Source of the DNA: a virus
Taxonomy: Duplodnaviria; Caudoviricetes
Length of the DNA stretch: 64,000 bases
Direction: 5' to 3' (one strand)
IMG/VR virus record: IMGVR_UViG_3300048670_001593
Span: 14,718 to 78,717 of that record
This document shows, in pieces, positions 55,117 through 64,000 of the stretch. Below the pieces are notes generated by a model that saw only the letters and a list, made by a program, of their open reading frames with translations, had not been told where the DNA came from and searched no databases. Numbering within the stretch: the first letter of the stretch is position 1; the number at the start of each line of letters is the position of its first letter. The translations under genes were made by a program, and so were the position numbers.

Positions 55117-56531
55117 AGATTATTGTACCAGTCAGATAAATTTGGGAATGTCGTAGTAAAATCTTTGTCACGTCTTTGATCAAATTGAGTGAAAAAACTT
55201 TTGAAATCAGCCTGTAACTTTTGCTGTTCTATCAGATCAGTTTGGTTATCATAAGTTGAGTTATCAAAAGAAACTGAATTTAAATTTTCCTTACCTGCAG
55301 TCAACTCTTTGTGTGGATCTTTAATATTTTCCAAGTATTTATGAAATCTACGAACTTGATCCACACCATAATCATTGAAAAATTCTTCAATATCTGGTTG
55401 GGCCAAAAAAGATTCTATCTCATCCATGTATTTTTTTCTCAACTCATAAGGCAATACCACAATGCTCTGAAATGTTGGAAATCTTACTGGATTAATTGTA
55501 ACACATAATCGTTCAGGTGGCAACTTTTTCTTTTTTTCCAGCACCCAATGTAGAAATTCACCAAACCCATCAATTGCGGGCACACTGGGGGTAGTACAAA
55601 TCCCAACTCGACTGATCGATGGGTGAGCCAGTACTCTATCAAAATTTTCTTCCCATTGCTGCCAGGACAGGCCATCACGAACATATTCTGCTTTGCTGCC
55701 TATGGATTCAGTACTGGTCCAGACCTCAATGTGCAGGTTGATCTGGTCACACAAGTCAAGAAATCTGGTCAAAGTGTCAGTGTCATAGGCCAGATTTGTG
55801 GTCATATGTATACTACAAGAACTCTTGTTGGGGTTGTCACGAAGCCATTCCAACAGTTTCCAGGTATGCCCACTCATCATGGGTTCCCCGCCAGTAATTC
55901 TCAAAATTTTCAACGATTTGTGTAAGTCGGTTTCCCACCACTTAAAAAATGCATCGGCATAGGGATTTTCATCACCAAACTTGTAGACTGATACTTCATC
56001 TGAAGTCCCCACGTAATGATTCCTAAGATCACTGGGTAAATTCACGTATGGTCCATTTCTACGAACATCACGTGCCCAGGTGCTACTAATGGCTGGACAA
56101 CAGTAAGCACATGCCAGCTGACAAGTTCTATCAAAAGCCACCTCCAGATAATCCAGATCATAATCTGCATCTGGGTCGCCAGCGAATGCAGCGTCCAATC
56201 GCTCAACACTGGACATCTGGCTGAAGATCACTCGATCAGATGTATTATCGGGAGCTGCTTCCTCCATGGCCCAACAAAATTGACAATTCAAGGGCTTCTG
56301 TCCCTGCTGCATCATTCTTCGTTGTTGTTTTTTTATCTGGGTATTATGTATTGCACTGGGATTGACTTTGATTTCTTCCAAGTCAATGGCATGCGGAGGA
56401 TTATGATGGCAACTGGTGGTCCAACCAGCATGAAAATACATTGAAGAATTATACCATTTGGCGCCACAAAAACTGGGACTTTTTGTATCCAATATCTTTA
56501 ATTTAAAAGTTTTAGGATCCAGATCGCTCAT
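55113..56531 (-). CDS. Radical SAM protein (CxAKW subfamily)
   Basis: CGAKW...SCHH...CQFCW; CQLACAYC; TGGEPM. Confidence 0.88.
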   Translation of the reverse strand: MSDLDPKTFKLKILDTKSPSFCGAKWYNSSMYFHAGWTTSCHHNPPHAIDLEEIKVNPSAIHNTQIKKQQRRMMQQGQKPLNCQFCWAMEEAAPDNTSDRVIFSQMSSVERLDAAFAGDPDADYDLDYLEVAFDRTCQLACAYCCPAISSTWARDVRRNGPYVNLPSDLRNHYVGTSDEVSVYKFGDENPYADAFFKWWETDLHKSLKILRITGGEPMMSGHTWKLLEWLRDNPNKSSCSIHMTTNLAYDTDTLTRFLDLCDQINLHIEVWTSTESIGSKAEYVRDGLSWQQWEENFDRVLAHPSISRVGICTTPSVPAIDGFGEFLHWVLEKKKKLPPERLCVTINPVRFPTFQSIVVLPYELRKKYMDEIESFLAQPDIEEFFNDYGVDQVRRFHKYLENIKDPHKELTAGKENLNSVSFDNSTYDNQTDLIEQQKLQADFKSFFTQFDQRRDKDFTTTFPNLSDWYNNL

Positions 56532-57880
56532 AGTGTTGTGTACCAGTCAGCCAGTTGTGGAAATGTTGTTTTAAAATTCTTGTCACGACGCTGATCATAT
56601 TGTTGATGAAACTGTTTGAAATCGTTATGTAATGCTGGCAAGTCAAACGCATCACTGTGTGGAGTTTTAACAATATCCAAATAATCAATCAGGCGTTGCA
56701 CATGATTTTTTTCATGCTCATGAAGCATGACATGATCATTAAATCTATTTAACCAATCCACTAGTCTCTGTCGATGTTTCATACGAATGTCGTCAGGCAG
56801 CACCAATGGACTCTGAAAACTGGGAAAACGCAGAATGTTTAATGTAAAGTTGGGATTATTTCGACCCCATTGACTTTTCCACTCCATCAACATGGTTAGA
56901 AATTCTGGCAAACTTTCCAGACACAGTGCATTAATTGTACACATGACATGCAGGCCGCGCAGACGGCCGCTGCGCATCAGGAACCACATGTTATCTGTCC
57001 ACTGCTGCCAAGCCAGCCCATCGCGAATGTATTCTGCATGAGCACCCAGACTTTCATTGCTGGTGTACAGATCAAGTTCAATGCCCTGAGTACTATCCAA
57101 TAATTCTTCCAGGACCGATTGATCAAAACACAGATTACTGTTGATGGCCAGACGGGTCTTGCTGGCGCCGCGATTATTTTTGTACCATTCCAATAGTCGT
57201 TTGGTGTACCCGCTCATGAGTGGCTCACCGCCGGTGATTCTGAGCTCAGTCAGTGTCTGGTGGAGGTCAGTTTCCCACCATTTGAAGAATGCTTCCACAT
57301 ACGGATTAGTTTCACCGAGTTTATAAAGTTGAGCACTATTATGCTCATGAGTGAAATGGTTACGACCATCGCTGACCAGATTGACGTATGCTCCATTTCG
57401 GTGAACATCACGTACCCAGCTAGTGCTGAAAGCAGGATTACAATAGCTGCAGGCCAACTGGCAAGTTCTATCAAATGCGATTTCCAAAGTTTTAAGATTA
57501 ATATCCGAATTCCAATCAGTATTGTATGCAAGATCCAGGTCCTCGTCTTTGTATATGACTGTTTTATATACTCTATCGCTTATGGCATCCACACCCATGT
57601 CTTCAATTTTCCAGCAATATTCGCAACCTGCAGGTCGGTCTCCCTGTTGCATCTGATGACGCTCTTGCTTTTTGCGCAGAGTGTTATGCAGAGCTCTGGG
57701 GTTGGCCTCTACCTCTTGGACTGAAACTTTGTGTGGTAATGGGTGATGGCAACTAGTGGTCATACCCGACCCCAGCCAGATAGTAGCATTATACCACTTG
57801 GCTGCACAAAAACTTTCAGACTTGATGTCGATTACTCGGCGTTTATATTCTAAATCGGTTTCGTTATGTATTTTCGGCAT
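56528..57880 (-). CDS. Radical SAM protein (CxAKW subfamily)
   Basis: CAAKW...SCHH...CEYCW; CQLACSYC; TGGEPL. Confidence 0.88.
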   Translation of the reverse strand: MPKIHNETDLEYKRRVIDIKSESFCAAKWYNATIWLGSGMTTSCHHPLPHKVSVQEVEANPRALHNTLRKKQERHQMQQGDRPAGCEYCWKIEDMGVDAISDRVYKTVIYKDEDLDLAYNTDWNSDINLKTLEIAFDRTCQLACSYCNPAFSTSWVRDVHRNGAYVNLVSDGRNHFTHEHNSAQLYKLGETNPYVEAFFKWWETDLHQTLTELRITGGEPLMSGYTKRLLEWYKNNRGASKTRLAINSNLCFDQSVLEELLDSTQGIELDLYTSNESLGAHAEYIRDGLAWQQWTDNMWFLMRSGRLRGLHVMCTINALCLESLPEFLTMLMEWKSQWGRNNPNFTLNILRFPSFQSPLVLPDDIRMKHRQRLVDWLNRFNDHVMLHEHEKNHVQRLIDYLDIVKTPHSDAFDLPALHNDFKQFHQQYDQRRDKNFKTTFPQLADWYTTL

Positions 57881-59255
57881 AATATCGGCACTCTTGCCAG
57901 AATTCTTTCATTGTGGGGAAGCTGCTAATAAAACTAAATCCTCGACGCTTGTCGTATTCATTAAAAAATCTATAAAAATCTGCACGTTGTTGCTTTATAT
58001 ATTCAGGATCTAGATCCCGCCCATTTTTCATCCAGGCAATGTTTCTGCGCATGCGCTGAACTTCATAATCTTTGAATCCATCAAATCTATCAACACCTTC
58101 GGGCAGTTGATGGGATTCCATCCAATCAGCAACATCTTCTAATATTCTAACATAACTAGCTGGCAAAATTTGCAGACTCTGCCAGGCAGGCTGTCTGAGC
58201 AGGGGTGTATCAAACCAGACTCGCTGATAAGTCAGACTGTGTTTTTTACGTTGTTCCAGAATGATTTCCAGTAACTTTCGCAGACCCAGAATATTGAGGT
58301 TACTCATGGTAATGATGTAGGTCAGACTGTTGCGATATGGAACTCTGGTTAAAAATTCTTCGGTATTATGCAGACATTTGTCCAGATTGAGACCACCGCG
58401 TATGTACTCGCTCTGCTCTTTGATACCCGAATCCAAACTTACATACTGCATAAAGTGTTCAATTTTTGTTCCCTGACACAGTTGCTCAACCTTGTGCATG
58501 TATTTTTCAAACAATGCATCATCCACGCTAAAATTGCTGGTGACATCAACATGCAGATCACTCTTGGGTAATGCCAAGATATAATCGAACACTCGGTGGG
58601 TGTTTTTGTCCATGAGTGGTTCGCCACCAGTCATGCGAAAATGCTTGAGGTGGGGATACAGTTCTGGCCACCAGCGCCAGAAGGCTTCCACATATGGGTT
58701 TTCTTCACGAACCGGAATGGGTTTACGTCGCCCCTGAAAATGTATGGGATCATTGTGTGGTGTGGTGGTGGGATATGCTCCCCAGCGATCAATTTCTTTG
58801 CCCCATTCGGTGCTGAATTGTGGGCTGCAGTAACTACATGCCAGATTGCATCCGTGACTGAAATTGACCTCTACATAACTGGGAATAGCATCCTGATCCC
58901 AGGAACCATGGGCTATTTCTTCATAGTGTTCTGCTGCCCAGGGCTCACCGCTGCGATAGTGTCTGTCGCTAAGTTGGCCGTTGTCCTCGGCTGACCAACA
59001 ATAGGCACACTCCGGCGGACGTTGCTGCTCCAGCATCAACTTACGCTGTGCTTTCTTGTGCGCAGTGTTATGCAATGCACCGGGATTGAACGTTAGTGGC
59101 GCAGCATCAATTTCATGCAAGGGAGGATGATAGCAACTATTGGTTAACCCAGTGGGCAAATGCAAACTGACCTGCTGCCATTTGGCCAGGCACAGTGCGT
59201 GACCCAATTTCTCACGCATCTCCTCGGCAGTGCTCATAAACTTGCTTTTACTCAC
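57864..59255 (-). CDS. Radical SAM protein (CxAKW subfamily)
   Basis: CLAKW...SCYH...CAYCW; CNLACSYC; TGGEPL. Confidence 0.88.
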   Translation of the reverse strand: MSKSKFMSTAEEMREKLGHALCLAKWQQVSLHLPTGLTNSCYHPPLHEIDAAPLTFNPGALHNTAHKKAQRKLMLEQQRPPECAYCWSAEDNGQLSDRHYRSGEPWAAEHYEEIAHGSWDQDAIPSYVEVNFSHGCNLACSYCSPQFSTEWGKEIDRWGAYPTTTPHNDPIHFQGRRKPIPVREENPYVEAFWRWWPELYPHLKHFRMTGGEPLMDKNTHRVFDYILALPKSDLHVDVTSNFSVDDALFEKYMHKVEQLCQGTKIEHFMQYVSLDSGIKEQSEYIRGGLNLDKCLHNTEEFLTRVPYRNSLTYIITMSNLNILGLRKLLEIILEQRKKHSLTYQRVWFDTPLLRQPAWQSLQILPASYVRILEDVADWMESHQLPEGVDRFDGFKDYEVQRMRRNIAWMKNGRDLDPEYIKQQRADFYRFFNEYDKRRGFSFISSFPTMKEFWQECRYYAENT

Positions 59256-60144
59256 GAATCATGGGGCCTTTGTTCTGAAAATTGCTCCGGTAATGATGCT
59301 TGAAAAATGCACTGGCGTCGGGATCCATGTCGACAATTTTCAACCCCAATCTCTGACGTAGTTCATCGCCCACAGCAGTGCAATGATCAGGCTCGTGATC
59401 TTTGTAATTTTGCCACAGTTCAGACAATGCATCAAACCACTGTACCTGCCGGTAATCCCAGTCCTGTAGCATGGTCAGTTGTGTGCCCAGTCTGGCACCA
59501 TAGATGGCCCAGAAGCCATTTTCCACATCTGCACCCACTGTCTGCCAGATGCAAAGATTATCATAATTTCTACTGACAATACGGTCTTTGAATTGTTCAA
59601 TATTGGGCCGGGTGCCACGATCCAGACACATTTTGACACCCTCGCGGAATCCAGCGCGCCAGGCCTGGAAAGGGGTGGCATTGGGATAGGTCGTACTGTA
59701 ACAATCGTTCATGGCCCAGTAGTTGGGGTAAAAGCAAAACTCCACATCATTGGCCGCTGACCCATCGCTGGCTTCGTGAGTCTTCATATTGTGTACAAAG
59801 TCTTTGGTCCAGCAGCTCATGCCACCATTACCATATTGCAGTCCATTAATAATGTTTCTGGCCTTCCAGCGAAACACACAATCCCGATTGGTTGTATCTA
59901 GCTTCAACTGCAGATTAAAAAATTCTGGATCTGGTAAATTGTCACCGTCAATCAGCACAAAGCGATCGGTATCGCTGGCATCAGCAGCGGCTTTGTGTGC
60001 TGCATCTGACCCTTTGACCCCATCCACACGCTTGGCCCAGGGCACCATGTTCTGAATTTTAATCCAGAACTCTTCCTTCTTGGGTTCATCGTATGTGAGA
60101 AAAATACAATCTAAATCTGCAACATCAACGATTTCTACGCTCAT
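59248..60144 (-). CDS. GT-A-like glycosyltransferase
   Basis: DCIFLTYDEP, FVLIDGDN (DxD), YGNGG, AWRAGFRE.VK. Confidence 0.6.
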   Translation of the reverse strand: MSVEIVDVADLDCIFLTYDEPKKEEFWIKIQNMVPWAKRVDGVKGSDAAHKAAADASDTDRFVLIDGDNLPDPEFFNLQLKLDTTNRDCVFRWKARNIINGLQYGNGGMSCWTKDFVHNMKTHEASDGSAANDVEFCFYPNYWAMNDCYSTTYPNATPFQAWRAGFREGVKMCLDRGTRPNIEQFKDRIVSRNYDNLCIWQTVGADVENGFWAIYGARLGTQLTMLQDWDYRQVQWFDALSELWQNYKDHEPDHCTAVGDELRQRLGLKIVDMDPDASAFFKHHYRSNFQNKGPMIRE

Positions 60145-60484
60145 AATATTCCGTCTCTAAATAGCTATCTTCTACAACAATTCCAGCATGATCTTTTACT
60201 ACTTTAACACCCTTGTTGCTGCGAGTCAAAGCAAAATGATGAAAATATACAGGTTCGACTCGACAAATTTTTCCATCAACTACTCGCATGCAACTCCAAT
60301 CATGTGTCACATACATCTCTCTGCTGATGTTTATCCAATTATCAGTGTCAGGAAATCCACTGCCCGAAAATCCTGTGACCCAGCCATCTGTATCATAATA
60401 CGCACGGTATTCTTCAACCGCCGGTATCGCTGATATAGCCGACAATGCCTGCAAAAATTCAGACTCACCGGGTAGCATGAACAA
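60125..60484 (-). CDS. Hypothetical protein
   Basis: 119 aa overlapping both neighbours. Confidence 0.55.
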   Translation of the reverse strand: MFMLPGESEFLQALSAISAIPAVEEYRAYYDTDGWVTGFSGSGFPDTDNWINISREMYVTHDWSCMRVVDGKICRVEPVYFHHFALTRSNKGVKVVKDHAGIVVEDSYLETEYYERRNR

Positions 60485-61283
60485 ACCCCTTCTCGTAATA
60501 ATGTACTGGGTAATACTGATTGCGATTGTTGATTCTTACTATGTTGGCCTGCCACTCAACATTTGCATGATCAGTCACTGCCTGGGTTTCATTCCAGCCC
60601 TGAATTTGTGGTTTCAGATGAACAAAATTAAAAAAATCCAGGGTGGGGATGGTACACGTGTTGATCCCGACAATCTTTGTTGCTACTGCAAATGCAAGGT
60701 CTGTGGTGGGTGGTTCATTGATCAGCGCCAGATGATTTTTTACTGTATCCCAACCAGCATAAACATCACGCACCGTTCTAAAAAAGTCTGCACTCGTCTG
60801 ACTATATCTAAAATAATACATGCCAGTGTATACGTCTGGCAAATCATTTTCTTTAAAAATCTTTCTGTAGGGACTCGATGTAATAGTCTCTGACTGGAGA
60901 TTTTTGCAATGCAAACTAAAGCAGATGTCTCTGAATCTGAGCCCATCTAACCAGTGCGTGATATCCCGAGTGAATAGCAAATCACTTTCAAGTTTAATGG
61001 TTTCCTTAAAGGGAGTCAGATAGAATGCTTGCCACTCATTGCTCATCTTCCAGTGTTCATTTTTGGCATAATCAGTGGGAAATTCAATGATATAATCAAA
61101 AATCTCACGATGCTGATCAGTGATGAATTTGGCAGTGTTGGCATCTACCAGTATGGCATACTGATTTTGTTTTTGTGTTGCCTTGACGTTCAGTGCTTGC
61201 TGATAAGCCAACTCCAGATAATCAGTGATGTCATTATTTTGTGCAATGGTCAAGAACCCAAATTGACTTTTAAATTCACGCAT
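60465..61283 (-). CDS. GT-A-like (nucleotide-diphospho-sugar transferase) protein
   Basis: GFLTIA, ETIKLESD (DxD-like), VYTGMYYF; paralogous to 61276..62052. Confidence 0.55.
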   Translation of the reverse strand: MREFKSQFGFLTIAQNNDITDYLELAYQQALNVKATQKQNQYAILVDANTAKFITDQHREIFDYIIEFPTDYAKNEHWKMSNEWQAFYLTPFKETIKLESDLLFTRDITHWLDGLRFRDICFSLHCKNLQSETITSSPYRKIFKENDLPDVYTGMYYFRYSQTSADFFRTVRDVYAGWDTVKNHLALINEPPTTDLAFAVATKIVGINTCTIPTLDFFNFVHLKPQIQGWNETQAVTDHANVEWQANIVRINNRNQYYPVHYYEKGFVHATR

Positions 61284-62052
61284 GGGTCGCTGCCTCGATT
61301 AATTGTTCACAGGAATCAGACAGTAACCAGGCTTTACTCATTAAATGAATACTTTGCTTTGGTAATACCAGGGCCTGTCCTGAGGTTTTCAGGTAAAACT
61401 TGGAATCTTTTAATTCCAGACTATCAATGGGACCAGGCACGCTGACAATGGGCCAGGGCAAATAATTTTCCTGATTGGGACTATACCCATTTATGATATT
61501 GTCAGCAATGGTAAATGCATAATCATTTCTGAAATTTCTGGCTTCAATATTGTAGAGATCTCTGTAATATTGATAATTGCGCTCAATTACACCCACCAGA
61601 TCAAATAACATTTGAGTCTTGGGAGTTTTATTAAACACAATCACAGTTGCCCAGAGTGTGTCCAGGCTATATTGTCCCATCTGATTGCTGTGTTGACTGC
61701 AGACATAATTATTTGTTTTTGTGATCTGATAATCTGACACCACATCTAAAATTTTCAGTAGATTGTCATCAAAAACAAAGTAATCGCTGTCTATCAGAAT
61801 AGTCTGATCGTAGGGGCTCAACTCATAGGCCAGATATCTGCCACCATTGTGCCACGCTTCAAAATTCCCTGAATCAATGTTATATCTTTTATTGGCAAAA
61901 TCCTGACCCGTGACAATGGTCACTGGCAGTTTAAGATAATGTTCTGCAAGAGTCGTCGCTCTGGCGGCAATTGTGGCGTAATCTATATAACCAGTGTTGT
62001 TGGCAAAGATCAATACGCCTTTAGATTTTTCTAACACGTCGCAGTTCTTCAT
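61276..62052 (-). CDS. GT-A-like (nucleotide-diphospho-sugar transferase) protein
   Basis: GVLIFA, SPYDQTILIDSDY (DxD), WATVIVF, RNDYAFTIA. Confidence 0.65.
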   Translation of the reverse strand: MKNCDVLEKSKGVLIFANNTGYIDYATIAARATTLAEHYLKLPVTIVTGQDFANKRYNIDSGNFEAWHNGGRYLAYELSPYDQTILIDSDYFVFDDNLLKILDVVSDYQITKTNNYVCSQHSNQMGQYSLDTLWATVIVFNKTPKTQMLFDLVGVIERNYQYYRDLYNIEARNFRNDYAFTIADNIINGYSPNQENYLPWPIVSVPGPIDSLELKDSKFYLKTSGQALVLPKQSIHLMSKAWLLSDSCEQLIEAATHA

Positions 62053-62338
62053 GTTGAATATGCCAGGAATTCATTGCAGTCTGATAACACTCTCGGGCCT
62101 GAGCCAAAAGTTCAGATCGGTCACAACAGATGGGATTGCCATAGACATCCTCAATAAACAATTCATCTGTGGGCCAGGTGGCTAGGAAAGCCAGCAAAGT
62201 TTGATCAACTAAAAATAGCCCACCATTGTGGGCCAGGTGCAGGTCAATTTTAATTCGTTCCTGCAATGCACGTTTATTAATTTGAAAGTCGGTGGCTTGT
62301 TTAACCTGACGGATAATATTTTCAGTGGTGGTGGTCAT
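62021..62338 (-). CDS. Hypothetical protein
   Basis: 105 aa, first gene after the terminator. Confidence 0.6.
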   Translation of the reverse strand: MTTTTENIIRQVKQATDFQINKRALQERIKIDLHLAHNGGLFLVDQTLLAFLATWPTDELFIEDVYGNPICCDRSELLAQARECYQTAMNSWHIQHEELRRVRKI

Positions 62339-62370
62339 ACTTGTAATTATCTACGAAAGTGTGGTGTCAA

Positions 62371-62403
62371 AATAAAAGCACTGACTTAGTCAGTGCTTTT
62401 ATT
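62371..62403. terminator. Rho-independent terminator (symmetric, possibly bidirectional)
   Basis: AATAAAAGCACTGAC-TTA-GTCAGTGCTTTTATT, a perfect 15-bp inverted repeat. Confidence 0.85.
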
Positions 62404-62430
62404 ATACAAACTCGAACGATTAAAATCAAA

Positions 62431-63372
62431 TTAGTTTAGTGTTGAAGCTGCTGTCACTGAGCCCCAGGTGTTGGTAAGATTGGTGGTTTCTGGTGGAGTA
62501 ACAACCACGTTGGCGTTGATGGTCATGTTGATGGCATCGTTAAAGGTGTCTGTGGCACCATCATTGTAGTTGATGGTGAATGTGATGACGTTACCCAGGC
62601 CGCCGTTACTACCTGCAGTGCCTGAAATTTTAGCCAGCACTTCCACATAGTTTGAAGTGTATGCTGCGGTGGTATCTGTCAGTCGAATCAGTGTCTGATC
62701 TGATGTTGTCAGATCCCAGAAACCAATGGCACCACCATTAGTGGTCAGTGTGCCGCCAGTGCCAGTACGGCTGCTGGTGGTGAAATCAAAGTTCAGCGTT
62801 GCCAAACTAGTGCCCAACAATGCGGTCCAGGCGGTTTCTTTGGCATTGTCTGCACCGTTGGTCACACTGAAACTCAGTGCAATTCTGCCACCGGCATTGA
62901 AGAAATATCTGGCCTGATCACTGCTGGCAAATGTCACTGTGCGAACTTGTTGGAATGTTGTTGGGCTTGCAACGTTCCAGGTTCCAGCCAAACTGGTGGT
63001 TGTTGGCGTACCACGTGTACTGTTAAAGTTTGCGCGGTTGTTGAATGCGTTGGTAACGTTGGTTTGAAGTGTACTCAAAGCAGTGATTATACTACCAGCA
63101 GTTGGGTTGGTGATACCTGAACCCGACCCTGCCTGGTGTGTCAGGACGCTGTTTAATCTTGCCAACAATGTTGACCACTGTGTGGCAGTCACAGTATCAC
63201 CTGTGGCCACTGCTGACAATGTGGTACTCTGACCATATCCCTTGTCACCTGAGCCCACGCCCCATACTGTGTTAATGTTTGCTACTGCATGGTTGGCAGT
63301 GCCATCGGCATTGCCTGTTGCAAATGTATTGTAGTGATCACGTAGGATCAAGTCACCGGTCTGATAAGCCAT
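62431..63372 (-). CDS. Thr/Asn/Gly-rich virion (baseplate or tail-fibre-type) protein
   Basis: MAYQTGDLI..., WGVG.G..GYGQ, TATQW..L, ARYFFNAGG.I; composition typical of structural proteins. Confidence 0.6.
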   Translation of the reverse strand: MAYQTGDLILRDHYNTFATGNADGTANHAVANINTVWGVGSGDKGYGQSTTLSAVATGDTVTATQWSTLLARLNSVLTHQAGSGSGITNPTAGSIITALSTLQTNVTNAFNNRANFNSTRGTPTTTSLAGTWNVASPTTFQQVRTVTFASSDQARYFFNAGGRIALSFSVTNGADNAKETAWTALLGTSLATLNFDFTTSSRTGTGGTLTTNGGAIGFWDLTTSDQTLIRLTDTTAAYTSNYVEVLAKISGTAGSNGGLGNVITFTINYNDGATDTFNDAINMTINANVVVTPPETTNLTNTWGSVTAASTLN

Positions 63373-63385
63373 TTTTTAGTTCCTT

Positions 63386-64000
63386 TTAACTATTTAGTTT
63401 GACGATGGCTTCTACTACGCCTTCGCCGTCTTTTTCTTTATTTTCGAGAGATCTGCCAATGACATTGAACGCGGTCATCTCGTCCCGTCTGGCAGATCTT
63501 GCAAGCCCACGGCCCGCTGCAACCAACCGGTCGCCTTTTTTAACTCGGCCAATGACTCTGACCGGAACTCTACCACTGACCGCAACTGCAGGGTGGGTAA
63601 CATCATCCCCGGCCCCACCATTCATTAAGAATGCTGCAGACTTACTAATTACACCAAAAACATCTTCGCTTAGATCATCGGCCACTGCGGTAATTTCCTT
63701 GGCTCCGCCCAGTGCAACCACTGTGCCAGGAGTATACGCCTGGTCGGCAGCAAAGCGTTCTGCCAAGTCGGCGTAATTGGCAGTGATGGCAGTGCCTGAA
63801 AAATAGGTTGCATAAACGTTGCCAAATCTGTTGTCCACTTGTCCGATGTTACCCACACCATCTGTGCCTGTTTTGGTCAGACTTGGTACTGATGCAGGAT
63901 TACTACTGGTGATGTTACCCACAAAGTTGTTGGCATAGATGTTATTGAATCGGTTATTTGCTTGACCAATATCTCCCGAACCATCTGTGCCTGTTTTGGT
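63386..64000 (-). CDS. Tail-fibre-like protein, C-terminal part (runs off the window)
   Basis: Frame is open to the window end; 41-aa repeat TKTGTDG.G.IGQ..NRF.N.YA; terminal YADLAERF...PGTVV..GG...GRVPV domain. Confidence 0.65.
   Translation of the reverse strand, partial: TKTGTDGSGDIGQANNRFNNIYANNFVGNITSSNPASVPSLTKTGTDGVGNIGQVDNRFGNVYATYFSGTAITANYADLAERFAADQAYTPGTVVALGGAKEITAVADDLSEDVFGVISKSAAFLMNGGAGDDVTHPAVAVSGRVPVRVIGRVKKGDRLVAAGRGLARSARRDEMTAFNVIGRSLENKEKDGEGVVEAIVKLNS

Noticed and set aside
50205-59255. Classical RiPP cluster
   Set aside because: No precursor ORF, RRE-type leader-binding domain, transporter or peptidase inside the array; the genes abut or overlap
1-64000. CRISPR array, tRNA or rRNA genes, integrase or transposase, alternative genetic code
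   Set aside because: None recognised by eye; long genes are intact under the standard code; a tRNAscan/CRISPR-finder run would still be prudent

Overview
This window is a fragment of a large lytic, T4-like dsDNA phage genome. I saw no host housekeeping operons, rRNA, tRNA, CRISPR, integrase or transposase. Bases 1-41.9 kb are on the + strand. They hold a replication core (family B DNA polymerase, probable sliding clamp, RNase H-like 5'-3' exonuclease) and nucleotide supply genes (DHFR, ThyA, a phosphoribosyltransferase, MetK). They also hold a dispersed 7-deazaguanine DNA-modification pathway (DpdA-like transglycosylase, DpdL-like T-fold protein, FolE, QueE, QueD; no QueC/QueF in the window), a dense island of sigma70-type early promoters with small genes, a MoxR ATPase/vWA pair and a secreted S8 protease with an outer-membrane-type C-terminus. 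Bases 41.9-64 kb are on the - strand. They run from virion-type genes through GT-A-like glycosyltransferases, seven tandem radical SAM/SPASM genes, SGNH-type proteins, a carbamoyltransferase, an APS kinase and dCMP deaminase to a 941-aa multi-repeat glycosyltransferase-like protein. The strongest leads are: (i) a restriction-endonuclease-like gene with its own promoter wedged between dpdA and dpdL, followed by sugar-nucleotide and glycosyltransferase genes; (ii) a very large chemical-decoration toolkit (11 radical SAM enzymes, 6 SGNH proteins, several GTs, amino-sugar, carbamoyl and PAPS enzymes, plus its own MetK) coupled to virion genes; (iii) a promoter-driven ~105-nt structured non-coding element at 29.3 kb. 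All assignments come from motif recognition by eye. No database searches or folding computations were run.
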